Assembly (NCBI GenBank): GCA_033442325.1 | Contig: JAWQFM010000004.1 | Coordinates: forward strand, 882,264 to 946,263 | DNA: 64,000 nt | Direction: 5' to 3' | Source of the DNA: Salpingoeca rosetta | Lineage: Eukaryota; Protista; Choanoflagellata | The notes under the pieces: generated by a model | Database searches by the model: none | What the model saw: the letters and a program-made list of their open reading frames with translations, nothing else | Told to the model about the DNA's origin: nothing | Position numbers and translations under genes: made by a program | Part shown: piece after piece, positions 1 through 13,510 of the stretch | Layout of the letters: each line of letters begins with the position of its first letter | Position numbering within the stretch: position 1 is the stretch's first letter

Positions 1-555
1 CTCCTCCTCGTCCTGCGCCACCTCCATCGCCTTCGCCTGTTCCTGTTGCTGCTCCTGTTGCTGTTGCTGCTCCTGTTGCTGCTCATGCTCGACCTGTGCT
101 TGTGCTTGCGCTTGTGCTTGCGCTTCCGCGGCGTCGGCGACCCCGGGTAGCTTGTTGACGATGGCCATGATGGCCGTGTGTGTCTGGGAGCCCACGTGCT
201 CGCCCATATAGTCGCCGCCGTCTCCCACCGCGCGCCCAAACTCAGGGTCAATCGGCAGGCGGCCTGGTTCGTGTTGAGAGGGGGGGGGCGTGTAGGGGGG
301 GGGGGGATCGGGTGAGTCAGGGAGAGAGAAAGGGGGGGGGACGCGTGTGTGAACCAAAAAAAAAACAACAAACAGGCACACACCCCCACACAAACACAAA
401 AAGAAAAAAAGTGTGGGTGTGTGTGTGTGTGTGTGTGTGTGTGAAGGAGGTGAGGAAGGTGGAGGGAGAGGTGCGCTTCGATGAAGCAGAACAGAGACGC
501 GTCCAGCGCATGCACCATGCACATTCAATCATACACGCACACACGCCCGCACACG

Positions 556-590
<35 letters not shown>

Positions 591-1089
591 GCACTCATGT
601 ACATTCAAACACGCGTCAGCATGAACCCGCACCTGTCTTCTTTGGGCCGCGCCACACGACTGCCTCGGATGTATTGCCAAGCAAGAAGCCGATGGACATG
701 ATGGCCAGCCGCTGATTATACTTGTACACAGGGACCCAGCTACAGGAGCAAAGGAAGGAGGGCAGGTGAGGGCGAAGTGTTGGAGGACAACAGCAAGGCA
801 AGCGCCGAACAAAGGGCAAAAAGCGCACGTTAAACGCACCCGTCGGGACAGGAGAAGATCTCCGAGTCCTGGACGCCAAGCATTCGAGGGACACTGGGCC
901 CACAGAGGTCAATGTCCAGGATGCCAACCTGAGAAGGGTGATGTATGCATGTGTTCAGCTGCAACGACGAGTGGCAAGCATGACATTGAGTACAGCACAC
1001 ACGCACACACATATGTACATACACACACATATATGTACATATATATACGCACACACACACAACACACACACACGCGCTCACGCACGCAC

Positions 1090-1136
<47 letters not shown>

Positions 1137-1647
1137 TGTTGCCGGCGTGCATGAGGCCCAGCGCAAGCTGGGTGGCCACTGTGCTCTTGCCAACCCCACC
1201 TGTGCACGAGGGCAGGGAGGGAGGACAGGAAAAGGGAGTGAGGCAAAACAAAACAGGGGCTGCTGTAGAACGCCAACGACGCAAGACACGGGAGACGGGC
1301 ACACCTTCCTTGCAGGGTACAGCTTCTTTGCACATTCACGCATGCACATACACACACGCACGTGTGCACCTTTGCCGGAGAGCACGAGGATGATGTGCTT
1401 CACAGAAGCCATGCGCTTGCGAAGCGCGTCTGAACACAAGACAAAAGCCGACCCATATGTGAGCTGTATGAAGCGGTGGTAGACGATGGTGTCGCACAGG
1501 TGGGCTGGATGGGTGGTGGGATGGTTGGATGGTGGCTGGATAGATGGACGGTAGGATGGTTGGATGGTGGTGGCCAGCATCACGCATCCGCGCAGCGCAG
1601 CATGCATCGTGCTGTCATCTCGCACCATCACACAAAGACGAGGACAT
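1..1647 (-). CDS. NUBP2: Cytosolic Fe-S cluster assembly factor NUBP2/Cfd1 (Mrp/NBP35 ATPase), spliced; runs off the window; central exons missing
   Basis: Exons give MSSSLCD|[20 protein letters not shown]|[22 protein letters not shown]|[18 protein letters not shown]...|[22 protein letters not shown], plus a C-terminal exon [22 protein letters not shown]. The deviant Walker A GKGGVGKST is present and the N-terminal Cys cluster of NUBP1 is absent. Start ATG at 1647 with GT-AG introns. Confidence 0.85.
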
Positions 1648-2689
1648 TGCGTTTCTTGCTTGCTTGTTGTTTGTGTGGGATGATGAAAATGCGATTTATG
1701 GTGTCGTTTATCGAAAGTGAGCGCGGCGCACTCTCAGTGCTGAAACCTGTGGAAACCTAGTTGGCAATGTGGGAATGAACACTCCTACGCTGCTATGAAG
1801 CAGAAACAGAGAAACACTGAGCTCCCACACGACAGCATTAGAAAGGGCTGCGCGTGCGAGTGAGACGATGCTCCTCAGAGGCAACTACGTCGTCAACACC
1901 CGTCAGCATCGTCGTCATCGTCGTCATCAGTCTGTCATGGTGAGCGGCGTGTTGTGACAGCAGCATCAAAGCAAGGGAAGACGTGAGGGCACAAGCGGAA
2001 GACTGCACGCGTATCAAATACAACAAAGGACACAGAAGCCCATCAGATCTATGAGCAGCTGTCAACGTTGCAGCAGAGCACGCGCCAGACGATACATCCT
2101 ACCTCGACTGCCTGAACGACTGATGACACAAAGTGCACAGAGCCTGGGCCCAGGTCACAGTGCAGCATCTCTCCTGTCATGGCTGCCGTCGAAGATGAGG
2201 GCTGCGCTGACACATGCGAAGAAGATGAAGAAGATGATGCCGCGGGCAACGCTGGCAACTCCTGCTGCGTGCAGGTCAATGCAATGGTCTAATCGTGACG
2301 GAGGGGAGGGGGAAGGGGGAGGCTTTGCAAGACCAACACAAGCGCATCAAGCAGTGCACAAACCGGAAACAACCTCATGCAATACCAACTACGACAGCCG
2401 ACAGGACGTCCATAGCCCCAACACAACCACTGCACTGCGGATGCTTACGCTCGCTGTTGAAGAGGAGGACATGGTAGTCTCGCCGGAGGGCGGCCGTGCC
2501 TCGTTGGAGTTTCCCTGTGTCCCTGATTGTTGTGGCTCTGGATGAGGCGACTGCGAGAGCCACAGCACAGTGCCACGTTCACATGGCAAGATGTTGCCAC
2601 CCGTGAGATTGCGGCCATGGTGTGCAAGCGGTGGCGTTCTTTGTTGCAGAGAACAGCCCACACCACACATGCACAGCATACGCACACAC

Positions 2690-2870
2690 CGTGCACATCG
2701 CCCATTCACACCTCATGCACAATACAAACACCTCACGCACCAGACCTCACACAAGCTCAGCATACGCACACACCACGCAAATCGCCCATTCACACCACGC
2801 AAATTGCCCATTCACACCACGCACGCCATGCACATGACCATGCAAATCTCCCATTCACACCTCACACCAC
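2690..2870. repeat. Imperfect ~22-bp tandem repeat (aaatcgcccattcacaccacgc), probably intronic
   Basis: Repeated cccattcacacc units are visible. Confidence 0.6.
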
Positions 2871-2889
2871 ACACACACACACACACGCA

Positions 2890-4037
2890 CCGATCGAGCC
2901 GAGGATTGGCCACTGTCGTCGTCGTCATCGTCATCATCCGCGTCATCATCATCTGTGTTGATGTTCAAAGCTTGTGCTTCAGCCCTGCATCGCAATAATC
3001 ACGACACGCAGTGAGGAGACGAAGCAGTCAGTGAAGCATTGGCGACGAGAAACGAGGAGGAACGGAACCAAAAAAAAAAAAAAAAAAAGAAAGTGGTGAA
3101 TTGAGCACGGCTGCACGACGCTTGAACCGTACCTTCGAACATACAACACCTCTACTTCCGCAGCTCGTGTTGATGGCGGTGATGCTGCTGAAGAAGACGA
3201 AGACGAAGAAGATGCAGGGGCTCCTCTGTCTTGGGTTGCGCTTCCGGACGCGCTGGCCTCAAACACGAGCACGGCCCTCACCCGGGAGGAGACCCCGTTG
3301 GCGACGACAATCTCCGCGACGGGCGGTTTCGACGCAATGCGCCACAGCCGGTGCGAGGCAAACGGCCCGGCTTTCCGAAAGTCACCGGAGCTGAAGTCCA
3401 CCACGGCCACGTGGGCGTCGTGGCCAATCTTCAGCGGTTGTCCTTTGCATTTGCCATTCAGCACAGGGTACGGGTTCCCGTACACAACGTCGCATGCCAG
3501 GACCACGCGATACGATGCGTTTGGGTTCAGGTTCAACACACTGAGATCATTGGGCACATTGTGACCGCGGCATACCTCGGTGAACGCCAAGGCGTATTCA
3601 ATGTCCGGCGTGAAGTAGATGCCTGCACCGTACCACCCATCATCTGTGCTCTTGAGCTGGACAAAATCACCAGCCAAAATGCCGACAACGGCCTCGAATG
3701 ACATGACGCCGTGAAACACGCGCTGCAACCGCACGGGTGGATCCTGGTCGAGCAAGCCTGGATCCAGTACGTTGTAGTAGGTGTTGGCTGTCACGCGTGC
3801 AAGCACTGCCCGCTCCTCTTCGTCGATGGCCCGGCCATTTTGGTGCACATCATGTAGATATCGCGGCGCAAACTTGTGCCGTGGGTCCGTGAGGTTTCCA
3901 CGATACCGGCCCCTCGTTGCCTCAATTGTGTTCATGAATGCGCTGAGAGATTGCGGGTTCCACGTAATTGCGACTGCCGCCAGTTGCTTGAGCACATCAC
4001 TAGCCGCTGCAACGTGCCCGCCAGCCTCAGCAACCAG

Positions 4038-4117
<80 letters not shown>

Positions 4118-7100
4118 TGTGTGTGTATATATATATATATATATGTGTGTGTGCATGTACGTATGTGTGTTATGTGGTGTGTGTTGTGTTGTGTGTGCAT
4201 GTACGTATGTGTGTTGTGTGTGTATGAGTTGCATGCGATAATTGCGAGCACAATGAGTACAGGGGCGGCACGATGGGTCTACAAGTGTACATGTGAGCGT
4301 CCCTCGCGAAAAGGCAGTTGGGAACAAGATGGCAAGACAATACACCCGGTCAGCTGCACGGTCAGCAGCTGCACGGGACACACACGTGCGTGACAAGGGG
4401 CTTACGTCGTTGATGATGCTCGCATGCCTATGAATGTTGAGAGGAGCAATGTGGGTCCACCGACGTTTTGAGAGTTGGTGCGTGTTGGGCGCCAGTTCGG
4501 CGAGCAGATGCGGCGAGAAGTTCCATCGGCCATGGTCAAGCGATTCCTCGTTGTCCTTGAGCGAATCTACGACATCACGAATGTGCTGTGCCATTGACGT
4601 CACCGCCGTTGTGCCCTGCCCGCTGGCCTGCGCCGAACATCGCCAAGCGCCCTCAATGTCAAACAGCGACAGCACCACTTCCCGCACGGTCTTGTGCCGC
4701 TGTGGTCGTGGCAGGCGCAGCACCTGCGTGAAATACTGGTCCAGGGCTGCTGCCGTCTTCTTGCTCACGACATCCGGCAGCGTCGTCGCCAGCCGCTTCA
4801 TGCTGTCAAACGAATCATACTCGTTTGCCTCAGCCCTGCTCGTGCTGCTGCTGACTTCCACATCGTGCCACGCGCTGTCCACAATCACAGGAGCAACGCG
4901 CTGGAGACGAATGAGGTGGTGGTTGGCAAACTTGAACTCGCGCATGGCCAGCATCGCCATCCACTCCAGCAGCACGTTGTCGCAGTAGTCGCTGTGCTGC
5001 AGCTGCCTCATCTGCGCGATGGTGGCAGCAGAGACGATTGGGCAGGCCACCAGGCTCAGCCCAATCGCCGTCATGAACGCGTGCTTGAAGTTGACGCCCG
5101 TCTCCAGGTTGTTGGCGTCCAGAAATGCAACCAGGTTGCGCTGCTCCAAGCGCGGGTGCAGTGCCATCACCAGCCCACTGCTGGCGCGTTGCCTGGGGGG
5201 GGGAGCGGGAGGGGATGTTGGTGGGTTGTTGGGGGGGGGGAATGGGTGAGATGAGGGAGGAAGCTGCATGCAGTTGTCGTGGCTAGTGGGTGGAAGTGAC
5301 ATGCACATACTTGCACACACACACACACACGCACACAGACACACACACACGCACACAGACAGACAGACAGATAGACAGACAGACCCACGCAGTTACACAC
5401 GCACACACACACACACACACGCACACACACACGCACACTCATACACGCACACACTCATACACGCACACATACACACACGCACACGCACACACGCACACAC
5501 AGACACACACACACGCATACAAGTCTCACCGGTAGCTGATGAAGACGTCGTACTTGTCCTGCAGACCGAGAACGGGTATGAGAGGGCCGTATTTTTTGAC
5601 CAGGTCATCAGGTGACAGGAGCTGTTCGTCCACCCACATGCCCTGCTTGCTCTTGTGATGGTGCAGCACGTCCTCAAAGAACAGCAGCGTCTTGTCGTCG
5701 TACGGCAGCAGCAGGCTGCTCTTCAGCTCAGGATAGCGCTCTCTGGCAGCCTCGCTGATCACCTTGTGCAGCATGTGCACCGTCTGCAACATAGCGCGTG
5801 GCTGCGCACTCGTGATCTTCATCTTGATGCCGCCAACAGCCGGCACAAGCTGCAGTTCAAGCTTGGTGGATTCCATGAAGCAGATGGCATGGGTGCGGCT
5901 CAGCTTGGGCTCCTGCGATGCTCCATGCTGCGCGTGCGCCATCACATGCGCCAGCACCACGGTAAACAGTCCCTCTGGCAGGAACGATGCGTGCTGTGCA
6001 TCATCAACACACACACTCGCACTTCGCTTGAACTGCTTCAAACTGAAGGCGACGTAGGCTGTCTTAACCTCGTATCCAAAATACGGGTTGGCCTGTTGTG
6101 CTGCTGTCGTGCTCAGAGTGACAGATTCCATCGTGCTGCTGTGGCGAATGGTCATCGGCAGGATGGCTGGGACCAGGTACTGCTGCTCTCGCGCGCGCGT
6201 GTCAACACCCTCGCTGCCATCATCACCGTCACGGTGGCCAGAGTTGGGGCGGGTGAGTGCTCTGCGGCTGTCCACCAGCTTGGGTGGAGAGTACTCAACA
6301 CATAGTCCGTACTGCATCATGAGGCGCAGGAACGGCACCACCAAGTTGCTGTGCACGTCGTTCCACAGCACATCCAGCAGGCGGCGGTGCAGGATACCGC
6401 GGTCAACCAGGTCGTCCCACAGGTGTGCGCCAACGGCCCTCGCCTCGCCGTCACGCACATCGTGGTGCAGGTCAAAGTTGCGGATGACGCGCGTCATCAT
6501 GTCCACAGCCCACTGTGGGCTCAGAATCACATAATCTTCCATGCCAGGCACGCTGTCATAGTACAGCACCATGGAATACAGGTGCAGGAACTGGAGGCAG
6601 GCCCTCGTTTCGTCACGCGTGCGCAGCCCACATGTGCGGGCAAGCTCTGCCACTTCGCCAAACGTGAGCAGCGGCCGCTTCTCGTCGCGGGCAATGGCGT
6701 TGAGCTTGTCGTAGAGGTGGAGGTAGGGCACAGCCACCTCCTGGCTCACGTACTCCTGCGCCAGTGCTGTGGAGGAGATGGTCTGGCGCAGGTCCTGGAT
6801 CATGGGGTCATTGATGGACTTGGTGTTGTCAACGGGCCAGAACCACAGACCATGCTTGTCGTTGTGGACGACGCCAGGGAAAGCGGGGTTGTGGCGCAGG
6901 CGGCTGTATATGCCGCATGAAATGACTTCGTGCTGCTTCCGCTCGCTGATCTTGTCAGCGAAGGTGCCGACGATGAGGACGGGTGCGCCCTTGGCGTGGA
7001 GGTGGAGGGAGGACAGCCAGTGCTCCATAAACTCCCACGTCTCAGCCCGCTTGCTCTCGTCTTGGTACAGCAGGTCCTCCATCGAGAAGACCAGCAGGTA

Positions 7101-7175
7101 CACCGCGTACCTGTTGGGTGGGTGGGGTGATGAAGGGAGAGGTGAATGGAGGAGAGGTGGTGGAGGGACTGCAAG

Positions 7176-7267
<92 letters not shown>

Positions 7268-10200
7268 CACTCAAACACACAGACACACACGCACACACAC
7301 ACACACACAAACGAATCACTCACTCTGTGAGGAAGAAAGGGTGGAAGATGTAGAAGGTGGACTGCCCGCCAAGGTCAAACACCTTGAATGTCACCCTGGC
7401 TTTACCCTCGCCCATGACGGCGTCCACGTTGAACTCCTTGATCGCCTTCTCGATATCCTCAGTTGAGACACTGGGGCGAGACATGCTGGCTGAAATTGCA
7501 GCTGATGCGCTCTGCTGGTGTTGCTGAGACTGCTTGGGCAGTTTGGGTGATGACGATGAGGAGGAGTTGTACGCATCATATTGCGTGGAGACTGATGTTG
7601 GCTGTGTCTCCGTTGACATGGATGCTTGTCTGTCATCATCATCATCATCGCCATCCTCCACCAGCTGATGTTGCTCCTCAATTCGTCGTTGATGCTCCTT
7701 CATCGCCGCTGTCACTGCCTCCTTCATCGCTGCGTCCATCTTAGTTGCCCTTGCCAGCGCCGTGCCCAATAGCGTGCGCATGTACTCGCTCAGGCCGCTC
7801 GTAAGGTGCTTTGTGATGCGACGGCATGCAAGGAGATGATGTGAGGTGACATGTAAGAGGGTGTGCCTGCAGGCAAGCGCGCAGTCACCATCATTTCACA
7901 CACACACACACTCACACTTCTCACCTGCCAGTTGCAGACGTCCATGGACTCGACAATGACAGACAGGTCCATGCTGTCGGCGCCCAGCGTGGAGTGCTCT
8001 TGCATGTTGAACTCCTTGCCCATGAGTGAGCGAAGGGTGGTGGTCTTGCCAGCACGCCCCTCGCCAACCAGCATCAGCTTTGCGCGCCCCGCCATTTGCG
8101 TGTCTGAGTGAGCTGCAAGCCGATTCATTATCCTCTTGAGCTCGTCGATGCCTTGCTTGCCATTGACATGCGCATTCCATAGTGGCATGCTATTCAAAGG
8201 ATCGCAACGGCTGGTTTCTTGGTGAGGAACGATCATGACAGCATCGGAAGTGGTGTGCTCCACGGCAACTTGCTTGTTATCTGCCAGCAATTGGTGTTCG
8301 CGCTTCTTCCTCTGGGCTGCATTAAATGCAGACATGCCTTCATCATCGGTAGACCTGCCAAAAAGTAGCGCATGCTCGAAGGTGACAACCTCGAAAAGAC
8401 AATGGAAGCAGAGTGTCCCACTTCGCCATATGTTTCCAACAGTGCATAGGTTTCTAACCAATCTGTTTCGAGTTCGCGATCCAGAGGCAAGGTATCACCG
8501 AAGCCACGGGCACAGGCGAGAGAATTGTTCTTCAAACTGCAAGGTACAGGAGAATTCGTGTCACGTCATGAGCAAGGACACAAGCAGCAAAGGTTGCGGG
8601 CCGAATCGACAGGAAACATGTTGCATTGGCCCACACCCCACAAAATGGCGCTACACTCACTCAAGACGTTTGAGGGCTCGATTTGAATCCAATACTCGAC
8701 CCAAAGCCTTGCCGCCTTCCGCTGTGATCGAATTGTGTTGCAAACTGGCAAGCAAGCAAACGGCAGCGGTGGCCAAAAGGATGTCAGAACACTCATGTGA
8801 CAAGCGCTAACGCTTCAACAACCATCAACCAGGCCGAGCTTCTGAGACACGCTGCAGATTTACTTGAGCTGCGTCAGAGCGCTGTTGTGCTCCAGCATCT
8901 TGGCCAGGGAGATGGCTGCCTGGTCGCCCAACCGGTTGTTAAAGAGCCTATGACAAGGACGCGAACGTGTCATGCACCACAACATAGTCAGGAAGATCGC
9001 AAGTCGGTCGAAGCTGCGTCGGAAGGATAAACCCGAGGAGAGAATCGAAGGACAACACTCGCGTATCGCAATGCAAGAAACGGAAAACCAAAAAGCGGAT
9101 CAGTTTGCTTACACAAGTTCCCGGAGTGTGTTGTTGCCCTCCTGTAACGCCTTGGCCAGCTTGACAGCACCAGCATCGCCGATTGCATTGTCACCCAAAC
9201 TTCAAGCAAAGATTGACGAAGACCCGAAATCAACTCAACATGCAAGTTTGGGAGGTGGTAGGCAGACACTCAAGGAAGTGGCAACAAACAAGTGTGCATT
9301 CATCTCCCAAAATGCACATGCACTTGAACAGTCACCAGTCTCTCGAACCACATTTCACTCACTGAAGTAGTCGAAGGGTTGTATTGTGTTTCAACAAAGT
9401 GGCTAACCCATCGGCAGCGTCGGAACGCACGCGGTTGCCGAATAGCCTGGAAAACAATGTGAGACAACGGATGAGTTGCATGAGGTCGTGGTCACACCAC
9501 GCGAAATTACGTGTGTTGCGAAGCAAGAACGTGGAACACAGGAAAAGGTTGCTCACTTACGAAAACTCCACAATCGTCGGATTGGTTTTGAGGACAGCAG
9601 CCAAGGCAATGGCACCAGGAGCTGCAATTAGGTTGTTGCCCAAGCTTGCATGGCGCACGGTGTTCATGTCAATACCAAGGCGAAACCAGAAGAAACTACT
9701 GCGTTACAATCAGAAGAAGCCACACCGTGACAACACAAGCGCGCACAAAGAAAGTCCAACGCGTACACATCAACATACACGTACACATACACAGGACAAG
9801 CCATGGGCAACTCAAGAACTCACTCCAGCCGTTTCATACACGTGTTTCCTTTCAGTGCCTCCACCAACATGCGAATTTCGTCGTCGTCAAGACCAATTGC
9901 TGGCAAGCTAGCACATGAGCACATGGAGTCAGAATTGGCGCTTCATGCTCAAGAAGAACATGTCACAACCTCTCATGCTTGAAAGAAGATGGTCATGCAT
10001 GGTAATCGTGGTACTCAGACACGCACACGCATACACACGCACATGCGTGCACACACACAGACACGCACAAAGGTAGCTCGCAGGCGCAGGCAAACATTGC
10101 CATGCTTTGCACAAATGCACACAGTTCAGTCAAGCATGTAGCGCGGTTGGTCACCACATCCCATCGTGAACCTCAACTACAAGAGAATGACAACACTGAC

Positions 10201-10413
10201 ACACATGAACCGATAGACCGATTAACACGCTCTCTGTCCGTTGCCAAGACACGGGTGTCCTTGCACTTGTACACACAGATCAAAGCATGAGTCTTACAGA
10301 ACTTCTTTTCTGCATGCATTGGTCACGATGGCTTTGATTCTCTGCTGTGTCTCCGCGGTCAGCTTTGTCGTGGCGATCAAGTCATGGAGGTCCAGCGTCC
10401 TTGTCCGTTCCAT
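2890..10413 (-). CDS. ROCO protein: RI-type LRRs - Roc GTPase - COR - TIR - PARP-like ADP-ribosyltransferase (multi-exon, ~1,650 aa; 3' end uncertain)
   Basis: ATG 10413 ([12 protein letters not shown]). Six LRR exons (e.g. [28 protein letters not shown]). Roc G1 [10 protein letters not shown]3 FDLGGQ, G4 [11 protein letters not shown] ([13 protein letters not shown]...VILSPQW). [12 protein letters not shown]|QRASS...FLD...[15 protein letters not shown]...[10 protein letters not shown]...YA...AEIVV. All introns checked are GT-AG and phase-compatible, e.g. 5193-5529 (phase 2) and 4038-4405 (phase 0). Confidence 0.85.
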
Positions 10414-11543
10414 GATGTCGTCTTGAGACCTCCAACCAAGCAAGCGATGAAGCTGTCTCTCGTTTCTCGATGCTGATGAACAAGAAAAAAATAATGAGCT
10501 GAATTCTTGAATGATACAGCAAACAATCGGAACCACGTCAGAGCCTTCCCCTCATCACATGATGTCGCATTGCCGCCTGAATGCCAGCAGCCAGCTTGAG
10601 CTGCCAACCTTTTGCTCTTGTCTCTTGTGAGAACCAGACTGAGGAGATACGAGATTTGTTCGCAGCTGAACTCTTGTAACAAAACTGAAACAAGAACAGC
10701 TGGTGAGGTGAAACTGGGAGACAGGCCGAAAAGTTCAGTCATTTGACACAAGCAAGAGGAAACAAGAAACAAGAGTAGAAGAGTAGAAGAGCTTCATACA
10801 CGAAATCTCGAAGTTGCTAGAGGTCTCTAGCCAGCTTGCATTTGAGTCCTGCCTGCACAAATAACTTTTCCACAACAATTAACACCCGAGCGCGCGATCT
10901 CGCTTATTCACACTGCATGGTTCGATTTCACCCTCAACACCCTCCTCGAAAATCGCTGTCACGTTTTAAGTTCGGTGTGTCTTGTACATACAGCATGGGT
11001 TGACTGTCAAGGAAACAACAATACACTACAAGACGTCGTGAATGCAAAAAGCCTTGACGAACCCGTCAAACACACCATGCATGCAATCAAAACACAAAGG
11101 GGTGAGCACGGTTTCGAACAGGAAGAGAATAACCCAACGCAAACACCCAACCACGTTGAAAAGACAAGAATGAACTAACACCAGCCGAATACGTGAAGGC
11201 CAGTACCAAGAAACCGACCGAACAAGGACACAAAAAGAGAAAAAGGAGACAATCAGAATAGAGCTCTGGAAGTAAACAGACAAGGGAGCCACTGTTATGC
11301 GCAAGCAAAGCGAGGATGATGAGATACTCATTGACTTGACGTGCCAGCGTGCCACTTGTCACGAGCGAATGCAGACCAGCGAGCAAGTGACACGGTTGCA
11401 CCTGGTTCACAGACAGCCAGCAGCACCTGTGTGTATCCTATCATTCTCCTCGTTCGCCAACACCCGCTTTGCCAAAGTGCTCAACGCAGCACTTTGTCAG
11501 AAGCGAGGTTGTCGTGGCTGATCACCGGACATGGGGTTGTGGC

Positions 11544-11544
<1 letters not shown>

Positions 11545-11598
<54 letters not shown>

Positions 11599-11603
11599 GT
11601 CAC

Positions 11604-11680
<77 letters not shown>

Positions 11681-11703
11681 CCACCATCATCATCATCACC
11701 ATC
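11545..11703. repeat. (ATC)n microsatellite; poly-Asp on the minus strand
   Basis: Directly visible. It may be the acidic tail of the upstream minus-strand gene. Confidence 0.9.
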
Positions 11704-12081
11704 GAACGGCAGAAACTCTGAAGCTGCTGGTGCTGCTGCTGTTGTTGACCCGATGATGCTTGTGGTCAAAGGATTGGGAAATCAAACTGAAACATAACTC
11801 TTCGCTGAGCCACACACCTCACTTCTTCATCACACGTGCCGCAAGTACCACTCTCAATATGTAAGCGCCTCGCCGTGATACGCTTGGTCCAAAGTTGTGG
11901 TGGACCCTCTTCAGCATATTCATTGTGAGCCGAAAGGCAGCCTGAAGTCCCGTTCAATGGTGTGCGTGCACTCGAAGGTCGTCAGAGCTAACTCAAACAA
12001 AGAATTCAATCGTTCAATGGCCAAGAACCCACAGCTGTGAGCGGAAAAGCGGTAATTCCTCATCCCGGGACAGAACTTGTA

Positions 12082-12149
12082 CCACAGACACAGACAGACG
12101 CGCAAGGTCACACAGACACAGAGACACAGAGACACCCCCCCCCCTCACA

Positions 12150-12239
<90 letters not shown>

Positions 12240-12851
12240 CGCACGTCCTCAATCGCAGACACATCTCACTGTCACGTACTCTCACCTTCGTGAAGGTCTG
12301 GCTCGGACTCAAAGCGGGGCCTACCGTTGAATTGCGCTTCATTCAGTGCCGCCATGGCATCGTAGGCTGCTTCAAATGTGAGAAAAGCGACGTGCATCGT
12401 CGACGACGTGGTGCCCCTTTCATAGCGAAACACCATGCCATCGTGGGCATTGATGTGCTCCGTGCACTGAGCGAGGGCCCCGAGTGGGACGACCACCCTG
12501 ATGTTGAATGTACAGGCGCAGCACCGGACATAGAAAATGCCAATGGGGCTGGTCTCCGGTTCCAACAACGTGAACCACCCTGAAAATGCGTAGCGCGCAG
12601 AAAAAGAAAGACAGAGAGAACGAGAGAAAATGAGAGAGAGAGAGGGAGAGAGAGAGAGAGAGAGAGTGTGTGTGTGTGTGTGTGTGTGAGTGTGTGTGTG
12701 CGTGTGTGGGAGAGGGATAGAGTGAGTGAGTGAGTGAGCGAGTGAGTGTGCGTGTGTGTGTTTCGCAAACGCTCTCACGCATGTGTGCACAGACACAGAC
12801 AGACGCGCAAGGTCATACAGACACAGAGACACAGAGACACCCCCCCTCACA

Positions 12852-12947
<96 letters not shown>

Positions 12948-13336
12948 CACGCACGTCCTCAATCGCAGACACATCTCACTGTCACGTACTCTCACCTTCG
13001 TGAAGGTCTGGCTCGGACTCAAAGCGGGGCCTACCGTTGAATTGCGCTTCATTCAGTGCCGCCGTGGCATCGTAGGCTGCTTCAAATGTGAGAAAAGCGA
13101 CGTGCATCGTCGACGACGTGGTGCCCCTTTCATAGCGAAACACCATGCCATCGTGGGCATTGATGTGCTCCGTGCACTGAGCGAGGGCCCCGAGTGGGAC
13201 GACCACCCTGATGTTGAATGTACAGGCGCAGCACCGGACATAGAAAATGCCAATGGGGCTGGTCTCCGGTTCCAACAACGTGAACCACCCTGAAAATGCG
13301 TAGCGCGCAGAAAAAGAAAGACAGAGAGAACGAGAG

Positions 13337-13378
<42 letters not shown>

Positions 13379-13510
13379 GTGTGTGTGTGTGTGTGTGTGA
13401 GTGTGTGTGTGCGTGTGTGGGAGAGGGATAGAGTGAGTGAGTGAGTGAGCGAGTGAGTGTGCGTGTGTGTGTTTCGCAAACGCTCTCACGCATGTGTGCA
13501 CAGACACAGA
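12082..13510. repeat. ~710-bp near-perfect tandem duplication containing a 294-nt phase1-phase1 RRM exon (12286-12579 and 12996-13289)
   Basis: The two copies differ by one visible coding SNP (AYDAM vs AYDAT) and by microsatellite lengths. Confidence 0.9.

Noticed and set aside
2500-2650. F-box-like motif on the + strand (AAMVCKRWRSLLQ)
   Set aside because: It is short and frameshifted, has no gene context, and may overlap unresolved 3' exons of the minus-strand ROCO gene.
10413-12286. Read-through fusion of the macrodomain gene into the ROCO-TIR-ART gene
   Set aside because: The ROCO gene has its own plausible start exon, and I could not build a phase-consistent bridging exon chain.
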